From Nitrosopumilus sp. (GTDB lineage Archaea; Thermoproteota; Nitrososphaeria; Nitrososphaerales; Nitrosopumilaceae), in the NCBI GenBank assembly GCA_965206745.1, contig OZ242220.1, positions 1,760,001 through 1,824,000 of the forward strand: a stretch of DNA of 64,000 nt, in the 5' to 3' direction. Made by a program: the position numbers and the translations under genes. The first letter of the stretch is position 1; every line of letters starts with the position of its first letter. The notes under the pieces are model-generated. The model was not told the origin of the DNA. It did not search any database and saw only the letters and a program-made list of their open reading frames with translations. Below are positions 57,368-64,000 of this stretch, in pieces.

Positions 57368-59554
57368 ATGAGTCAAAACGCTCTTTCCCTGAAAGTTCTC
57401 GAAGCATATACACGGGATGTTGGAAGAGGGGTGGCAAGAATCGATTATGACTCTATGGACACGTTAAATGCCTCAACAGGCGATGTTATTGAGATTAAAG
57501 GTAAAAGAAGGACAGTCGCAAAATGTCTTCCGCTTTATCCTTCAGATGAAGGCAAGGGAATCATAAGAATTGACGGGCTTGGAAGGAACAACTCAGGAAT
57601 TGCAATTGGCGATACGATATCTGTTAGAAAGATAAAGGCAGTGGCTGCAGAAAAAGTGGTGGTTGCGCCACTTGAGGCAATTCCGCCAATTGATGAAAGA
57701 TATCTTGCAGATGCTCTAGAGAGCGTCCCTTTGATTAAAGGGGACAACGTGATGGTTCCATACTTTGGAGGACGTCTAACTTTCCAAGTAATAGCAGTAA
57801 ACCCATCGGCTGATGCTGTCTTGGTAACTCAGAAAACTATTTTCAATATTGCAGAAAAGGGAGAGACACTACGTGGAGTTCCGCAAGTAACCTATGAAGA
57901 CATTGGTGGAATTTCAAATGAGATTAAAAAGGTCAGGGAGATGATTGAGCTTCCATTAAGACATCCTGAAATTTTTGAAAAGCTGGGAATTGAAGCTCCA
58001 AAAGGCGTACTGTTGTACGGCCCACCAGGTACAGGCAAGACACTGCTTGCAAAAGCAGTTGCAAATGAAAGTAATGCACATTTTATCAGCATTTCAGGTC
58101 CTGAAATTATGAGCAAGTTTTATGGTGAGAGTGAAGCAAGGTTAAGGGAAATTTTCAAAGAGGCAAGGGAGAAGGCTCCATCAATCATCTTTGTTGATGA
58201 GATTGATTCGATTGCTCCAAAGAGAGAGGAGGTCACAGGAGAAGTCGAACGAAGAGTAGTTTCCCAAATGTTATCATTAATGGACGGATTGGAAGCAAGA
58301 GGCAAGGTGATTGTCATCTCTGCAACAAACAGGCCAAATGCGATAGATCCCGCACTGAGAAGACCGGGAAGATTCGACAGGGAGATTGAGATCAAAGTTC
58401 CAGACAAGAAAGGAAGAAAGGACATTCTTGCAATTCACAGCAGAAACATGCCATTGGAGGAGGATGTCAACATGGAGAAGATATCGGCAGTAAGTCACGG
58501 GTATGTCGGTGCGGACTTGGAATACCTCTGCAAGGAGGCTGCAATGAAGTGTCTGAGACGACTATTGCCAGTCTTGAATTTGGAGGAGGAGAAACTCCCA
58601 CCGGAGACCTTGGATAAGCTAGTTGTAAATCATGATGATTTCCAGAAGGCCCTAATCGAGGTCACACCATCTGGAATGCGAGAAGTTTTCATTGAGAATC
58701 CGGATGTGAAATGGGAGGATGTCGGAGGATTGGAAGATGTAAAGCGAGAGTTACAGGAAGCCGTGGAATGGCCAATGAAGTATCCTGGTCTTTATGATAA
58801 ACTTGGGCACAACATGCCAAGAGGGATATTGCTGCACGGTCCGAGCGGGACTGGCAAGACCCTGCTTGCAAAAGCAGTTGCCACCCAGAGTGAGGCAAAC
58901 TTTGTTTCAGTCAGGGGTCCGGAACTCTTATCCAAGTGGGTGGGGGAATCAGAGCGAGGAATTAGAGAGATTTTTAAACGTGCACGTCAGTCTGCCCCAT
59001 GTGTCATATTCTTCGATGAGATTGACTCCATTGCGCCAATCAGGGGAGCAGGCGGAGAGACTGCAGTTACCGAAAGAGTGGTCAGTCAGCTACTGACGGA
59101 GCTTGATGGCATGGAAAACATGCACGGTGTCATAGTACTGGCTGCAACAAACAGGGCAGACATGATCGATCCCGCACTATTAAGACCGGGAAGATTTGAC
59201 AAGATTATTCAGATTCCACTTCCAGACAAGGAGAGTAGAAAGAACATCCTGAGGATTAATGCCGAAAAGATTCCAACAGTCAGTGATGAGAAGGATCCTC
59301 AACATGTTGATTTTGCAAAACTTGCAGAGCTAACTGATGGCCTCAGTGGTGCAGATACGGCATCCATTGCAAATACTGCAGTATCCCTAGTAATTCATGA
59401 ATTCTTGGATTCACACCCAGATGTAAAGGATATCGAAAAGAAGGATGTCGATGCCAAGGTGACCATGAAACACTTTGAGGAGGCAGTAAAGAAGGTGAGG
59501 GAGCAAAAAGACCTCAAGATAGGCGAAAAACTGGTAGCCTCCTATTACAGGTAG
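57368..59554 (+). CDS. cdc48: CDC48/VCP family AAA+ ATPase
   Basis: Two AAA modules ([16 protein letters not shown]); C-terminal YYR. Confidence 0.96.
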   Translation: MSQNALSLKVLEAYTRDVGRGVARIDYDSMDTLNASTGDVIEIKGKRRTVAKCLPLYPSDEGKGIIRIDGLGRNNSGIAIGDTISVRKIKAVAAEKVVVAPLEAIPPIDERYLADALESVPLIKGDNVMVPYFGGRLTFQVIAVNPSADAVLVTQKTIFNIAEKGETLRGVPQVTYEDIGGISNEIKKVREMIELPLRHPEIFEKLGIEAPKGVLLYGPPGTGKTLLAKAVANESNAHFISISGPEIMSKFYGESEARLREIFKEAREKAPSIIFVDEIDSIAPKREEVTGEVERRVVSQMLSLMDGLEARGKVIVISATNRPNAIDPALRRPGRFDREIEIKVPDKKGRKDILAIHSRNMPLEEDVNMEKISAVSHGYVGADLEYLCKEAAMKCLRRLLPVLNLEEEKLPPETLDKLVVNHDDFQKALIEVTPSGMREVFIENPDVKWEDVGGLEDVKRELQEAVEWPMKYPGLYDKLGHNMPRGILLHGPSGTGKTLLAKAVATQSEANFVSVRGPELLSKWVGESERGIREIFKRARQSAPCVIFFDEIDSIAPIRGAGGETAVTERVVSQLLTELDGMENMHGVIVLAATNRADMIDPALLRPGRFDKIIQIPLPDKESRKNILRINAEKIPTVSDEKDPQHVDFAKLAELTDGLSGADTASIANTAVSLVIHEFLDSHPDVKDIEKKDVDAKVTMKHFEEAVKKVREQKDLKIGEKLVASYYR

Positions 59555-59586
59555 TTTTAATAAAATAACAGATCTAATCCTCGTAA

Positions 59587-60876
59587 ATGTCAGAGTATAC
59601 AGGATATGAGGGGGATTCCTTGGAATTTCTAAAAGCCAATAAAATTTCAATTGGCAGTACTGTAAAGATCCTAGCAGATATCACCTATCTGGGGATTGTA
59701 ATGCCAAGATACGAGCACAGTGATGACAAGCACATTGTCTTGAAGCTAAAGAGCGGATACAACATAGGCTTGGAGATTGCAAAAATTCAAAAGATTGAGA
59801 GTACTCTGACACCAGAAAAAATCATCGAAAAGGATCAAAAGACTGCAAAGGATGAAAAGTTGCCAAACATTCTATTGCTGTCAACTGGAGGCACGATTGC
59901 AAGCAAGATAGATTACAGAACCGGAGCAGTTACTCCGACATTGGCTGCAGAGGAGCTAAATTCGTCAGTTCCCGAGCTTGCTAAAATTGCAAACATTGAC
60001 ACCAGGGTGCTGTTTTCAGAATATTCAGAGAACATCATGCCCAAACACTGGCTAAAGATCGCCCAGACAGTCAACGAGTATGTGGATTCTGACTATGATG
60101 GAATCATTATTGCACACGGTACAGATACCATGCACTATACATCATCCTATCTCTGTTTTTCACTGGCAGGGTTTCCAATTCCAATAGCATTGGTTGGTTC
60201 ACAGAGATCATCGGACCGTGCATCCTCAGATGCGGCACTAAATCTGATCGGGGCTGCAAAATTCCTTACAGAATGTAAGACAAACGGAATCTACATAGCA
60301 ATGCATCAGGATGAGAATGACCAAACAGTTGCATGCCATATTGGAACAAGGGTGAGGAAAAATCACACCAGCAAAAGGGGGGCATTTCAAACGGTAGGAG
60401 ATGATCCGGCATTCCTGATTGTGGATGATGAGATTCACAGCAACATGAAGGAGGAGTTTTTTACAGCCAACCAATACGATCCCAAAATAAAGATAAACGA
60501 AAAGGTTGCCCTGGTAAAATACTATCCCGGATATGATCCAACTATGCTCAAAAACATCATAGATGCCGGATGCAAGGCAGTAATTTTTGAGGGTACAGGA
60601 CTGGGACACATTGGGGAAGGCATGTACCCGGTGGTAAAGATGGCAGAACAGAGAGGCATCTTTATGGGAATGACTTCACAGTGTGTGGATGGCAGGGTCA
60701 GAATGACAGTTTACGAGAGTGGCAGGGACCTTCTTAATTTGGGAATAACTCCCCTGGAGAACATGATTCCAGAGACTGCCTTGGTAAAGGCAATGTGGGC
60801 TGCGGGAAACACCCAAAGTCGTGAGGAGATCAAAGAGATCATGCTAAATAGAATTGCATCAGAATTTTCAATGTAA
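59587..60876 (+). CDS. gatD: Glu-tRNA(Gln) amidotransferase subunit D
   Basis: KLKSGYNIG, TGGTIAS, HGTDT, GSQRSSDR. Confidence 0.95.
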   Translation: MSEYTGYEGDSLEFLKANKISIGSTVKILADITYLGIVMPRYEHSDDKHIVLKLKSGYNIGLEIAKIQKIESTLTPEKIIEKDQKTAKDEKLPNILLLSTGGTIASKIDYRTGAVTPTLAAEELNSSVPELAKIANIDTRVLFSEYSENIMPKHWLKIAQTVNEYVDSDYDGIIIAHGTDTMHYTSSYLCFSLAGFPIPIALVGSQRSSDRASSDAALNLIGAAKFLTECKTNGIYIAMHQDENDQTVACHIGTRVRKNHTSKRGAFQTVGDDPAFLIVDDEIHSNMKEEFFTANQYDPKIKINEKVALVKYYPGYDPTMLKNIIDAGCKAVIFEGTGLGHIGEGMYPVVKMAEQRGIFMGMTSQCVDGRVRMTVYESGRDLLNLGITPLENMIPETALVKAMWAAGNTQSREEIKEIMLNRIASEFSM

Positions 60877-60891
60877 TCAGGTGATATCGAT

Positions 60892-62796
60892 ATGGAAGAA
60901 TTCTCAATAAAAGATGCAGGTGTCAAAGTGGGATTGGAGATCCACCAGCAGTTGGCTACAAACAAGAAGCTGTTTTGCAACTGCAACCCGATAGAATCCG
61001 ACGAGTATTCAATCAGATTTCAGAGGAAGTTACGTGCATCAAAAAGTGAGTTAGGCGAGTTTGATCCTGCAGCACTCTTTGAGAGCACAAAATCAAAGAC
61101 AATAGTATACTATGCAAATGAACAAAGCAGCTGTCTGGTTGAACAGGATGAAGAGCCGCCACATGAGCTAGATGAGGATGCAAGAAAAACTGCATTGATA
61201 ATCTCTTCTGCATTGAAATCGAATATTTTTAGTGAGATTTATCCCATGAGAAAGACGGTGATTGACGGATCCAATACGACCGGATTTCAGCGTACCATGC
61301 TGATGTCCCAGGGGGGATTTTTTAATGCAGGAGAAACAAGGATAGGGGTTCAGTCAATCTGTTTGGAGGAGGACGCAGCCAAGAATCTGGGAGATGACGG
61401 TCCTGTAAGAAAATTTGGCTTGGAACGTCTAGGGGTTCCCCTAGTTGAAATTGCAACGGAGCCTTTCGAGGTTGAATTGACAGAGATCAAGAAAATTGCA
61501 CTCTCACTAGGAAGGATTTTGAGGAGTACGAAAAAAGTAAAGAGGGGACTGGGTTCTATAAGACAAGACGTCAACGTGTCGATAAAAGATGGGGGCGTAG
61601 TGATTGAAGTAAAAGGGGTACAGCAGTTAGATCAGCTAGAAAAGGTCGTAGAGTATGAAGCTAAAAGACAGCACGGTTTATTGAAAATCTCAGAGAAGAT
61701 CCAAGAAATGAATTGGATGCATGATAAAAGAGACAGCAAGGACATTACAGAGTTATTTTCAGGTTGCAGTTCAAAGATTATCCAATCTGCCTTGAAGAGG
61801 AAGCAGAGGATTGTGGCAATTACATTTAGAGGCATGGCCGGAATTTTCGGGTATCTGCCTTACGAAGGCATAAGACTGGGCAAGGAGGTGGCAGAACTGG
61901 TCAGATTCTTTGGAATAGGAGGAGTTTTTCATTCAGATGAATTGCCCAACTACGGAGTAGAGCAGGCAGACTTGGAGAGACTAAGGGAACATTCACAGAT
62001 TGGTGAGAATGACGCTTTTCTGATCTTGGCATCCCCTGAGGAAAAAGTTCAGACCATAACTGATCAAATTATTCTAAGAGTCAAGCATATCAAAGATCAC
62101 GGAATACCAATAGACACCAGATTGGCTACTCAGTCAGGTGAGACAAAGTTTCTAAGACCAAGGCCGGGGGCAGCCAGAATGTATCCCGAGACAGACATTC
62201 CCCCGATAATCATTACAAGGAATGATCTATTGCAGGCAAAGGAAAGCATTCCGAAAGCTTGGGATGACTCTATAAAAGAGCTAGAGACAAAATACGGACT
62301 TAATCCACAGCTGGCTGAGCAGATCTTTGATTCACGGCATATCGGATTGTTTGAAAAAATTGTTGAAGAGATTAAAACTAATCCCACATTTGTCGCATCA
62401 ATTCTTTGCTCGACGATTACAAATCTGGAGAGGAGTGGTTTGAATTCTGATCTGTTAAAGAACGACGAGATTTTCAAGTTGTTTGGCTTGCTAGAGGGGG
62501 GTAAAATTGCCAAAGAATCAATTGAGATAATATTTGAAAGCATAATGTCTGGAAAATCAAAGACTGCAGAAGAGGCAATGAAAAATGCGTCAATCGAGTC
62601 TGTTGGTGATGAGGAACTCGAAGAGATTATTACACAGATAGTGGACAAAAATGAGGGAATCATTAAAAACCAAGGGGAGAGGGCAGTTGGGCCTCTGATG
62701 GGAATTGCCATGAAGGAGTTGAGAGGAAAAGCTTCTGGAGAGACAATTAACAGCTTGCTTTTAAAAAATATCAAGGACAAGTTGGAAAAAATTTAG
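60892..62796 (+). CDS. gatE: Glu-tRNA(Gln) amidotransferase subunit E
   Basis: GLEIHQQL, DGSNTTGFQRT, RQDVNVS, RPRPGAARMYPETD. Confidence 0.96.
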   Translation: MEEFSIKDAGVKVGLEIHQQLATNKKLFCNCNPIESDEYSIRFQRKLRASKSELGEFDPAALFESTKSKTIVYYANEQSSCLVEQDEEPPHELDEDARKTALIISSALKSNIFSEIYPMRKTVIDGSNTTGFQRTMLMSQGGFFNAGETRIGVQSICLEEDAAKNLGDDGPVRKFGLERLGVPLVEIATEPFEVELTEIKKIALSLGRILRSTKKVKRGLGSIRQDVNVSIKDGGVVIEVKGVQQLDQLEKVVEYEAKRQHGLLKISEKIQEMNWMHDKRDSKDITELFSGCSSKIIQSALKRKQRIVAITFRGMAGIFGYLPYEGIRLGKEVAELVRFFGIGGVFHSDELPNYGVEQADLERLREHSQIGENDAFLILASPEEKVQTITDQIILRVKHIKDHGIPIDTRLATQSGETKFLRPRPGAARMYPETDIPPIIITRNDLLQAKESIPKAWDDSIKELETKYGLNPQLAEQIFDSRHIGLFEKIVEEIKTNPTFVASILCSTITNLERSGLNSDLLKNDEIFKLFGLLEGGKIAKESIEIIFESIMSGKSKTAEEAMKNASIESVGDEELEEIITQIVDKNEGIIKNQGERAVGPLMGIAMKELRGKASGETINSLLLKNIKDKLEKI

Positions 62797-62879
62797 TCAA
62801 CAAACGTGATCGTATATTTGGGATTTCATGAATCATTGAGGGTTTTTCCACCATTAATCATTCATAGAAATCAAAGGGG

Positions 62880-62964
62880 TGCGGGAAGTGGGATTTGAAC
62901 CCACGAACTCCTAAGAGATAAGGATCTGAACCTTACACCGTTGGCCAGGCTGGGTGACTCCCGC
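62880..62964 (-). tRNA. tRNA-Leu(CAG)
   Basis: GCGGGAG...TAAGG TT CAG AT CCTTA, variable arm, GTGGGTTCAAATCCCAC, TTCCCGCA. Confidence 0.93.
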
Positions 62965-63202
62965 ATTGGGAAAAATTTGGAGCTAGAATATGATTCTTTA
63001 TTATACCATAAAGCAATCATAAAGACTAATCAAGAGATAAAATGGAATTCAGAGAAATATATTGTTCAAATTGTAAGAAAGTTTTGGGACGATACAACAT
63101 TAAATTCTATACTGAGGATAAAATTAGTGAGCTAGTCAATACAACGCATTCTGCACATATTAGGAATGGCCATCATGTTAACATTAGAAAATTTGAAAAG
63201 GG

Positions 63203-63742
63203 TTAGGACTGTATTTTTTTAATTGCCTCTGATAGATTTGAAACTCGATGAATGTTATTTCCAGAGACATGTTTATTCCATGGTTGCGAATAAAGGATTA
63301 CTTTTTTCTTATTTTTAAGGAATTTTTCTGCATTCAACGGGGAATCATCAATGAACACGTCATAATCTAAATCGGCTTTCATTGGACCGTCAATTACCGA
63401 TACATAATCATCATATGCAATATCATGGTGGGCCAACCAGGATTTTACAGATGAGTCAGTGGAACGTTCTCTTGCAGTCACAATATCTACGTGGCCAATC
63501 TCTGCAAGTGACGCAGTTACTGAGGCCAAATTTTTTTCAGTAGTGGGAATGGCGGTCCAATTTTTCCAACAAGTGTTGAGTTCAGTGTAAAAATCATAGC
63601 GATCGATATCAAACTCCTTCCAAAAATCCCAACTGGTTATCTGATGTTTGGCGATTTCTGATCTAATAGAATTGCTATAATTTAACCAAGAAGCTATGAC
63701 ATCTGCAAGTACGCCATCGACATCTAGTGCAATTTTCATCAT
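63203..63742 (-). CDS. 5'(3')-nucleotidase, NT5C-type HAD
   Basis: LDVDGVLAD, VTAR, FIDDS, QPWN. Confidence 0.85.
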   Translation of the reverse strand: MMKIALDVDGVLADVIASWLNYSNSIRSEIAKHQITSWDFWKEFDIDRYDFYTELNTCWKNWTAIPTTEKNLASVTASLAEIGHVDIVTARERSTDSSVKSWLAHHDIAYDDYVSVIDGPMKADLDYDVFIDDSPLNAEKFLKNKKKVILYSQPWNKHVSGNNIHRVSNLSEAIKKIQS

Positions 63743-63747
63743 GCCAA

Positions 63748-64000
63748 TCAGTCACCAGATTCTTTAAGCTCAGATAAAAGATTTTTCTGGTGTTTGCTGA
63801 GTTTTTTAGGAATATTTACTACGATTCTTACAAATTGATCACCCGTGCCTCTAGAATTGATATGAGACACGCCCTTTCCTTTTAATTTGATAATGGTGTT
63901 GGGTTGACTGCCTGCATTAACCTTAATTTTTTCTGTTCCCTCCAGGGTTGGAACAATAACTTCACATCCCAAGGCAGCATCAACCATTGAGACGTCATGA
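63748..64000 (-). CDS. dnaJ: DnaJ C-terminal part (gene starts beyond the window)
   Basis: AALG..VPTLEG, GSQP, LKGKG, GDQFV, PKKLS. Confidence 0.9.
   Translation of the reverse strand, partial: HDVSMVDAALGCEVIVPTLEGTEKIKVNAGSQPNTIIKLKGKGVSHINSRGTGDQFVRIVVNIPKKLSKHQKNLLSELKESGD

Noticed and set aside
3254-62780. Numerous antisense or nested ORFs (e.g. 5845..6498, 16248..16745, 25024..25671, 26690..27376, 62130..62780)
   Set aside because: Shadows of well-supported genes on the opposite strand, with no motifs of their own.
62941-63135. 64-aa ORF
   Set aside because: Starts inside tRNA-Leu on the opposite strand and crosses its promoter region.

Overview
Chromosomal segment of an ammonia-oxidising archaeon (Nitrososphaerota, Nitrosopumilaceae-like). 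The assignment rests on the aa3-type oxidase cluster with a tandem-cupredoxin gene, tetraether lipid synthase Tes, GatDE, Cdc48, pelota, archaeal uL2 and archaeal SRP RNA. A moderate-GC core carries four tRNAs (Val-TAC, Lys-CTT, Arg-TCG, Leu-CAG) and is interrupted by four visibly AT-rich accessory blocks. (1) 1-~2300, beyond the 3' end of tRNA-Val: a bacterial-type multi-ubiquitin Ubl coupled to a DUF6791/ThiF-like (E2-E1-like) gene that runs off the window, plus a divergent RHH, DUF5678 and retropepsin-like protease. (2) ~9100-12720, beyond the 3' end of tRNA-Lys: a candidate HEPN (Rx4H) RNase fused to 11 near-identical, mosaic 99-bp TPR repeats. (3) ~22700-24950: a GIY-YIG-like gene and a PIN-domain gene pair. 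(4) ~27600-47200: a 20-kb surface-glycan island. Several small ORFs and candidate ncRNAs missing from the ORF track are also reported. All family calls come from visual motif recognition; no searches were run.
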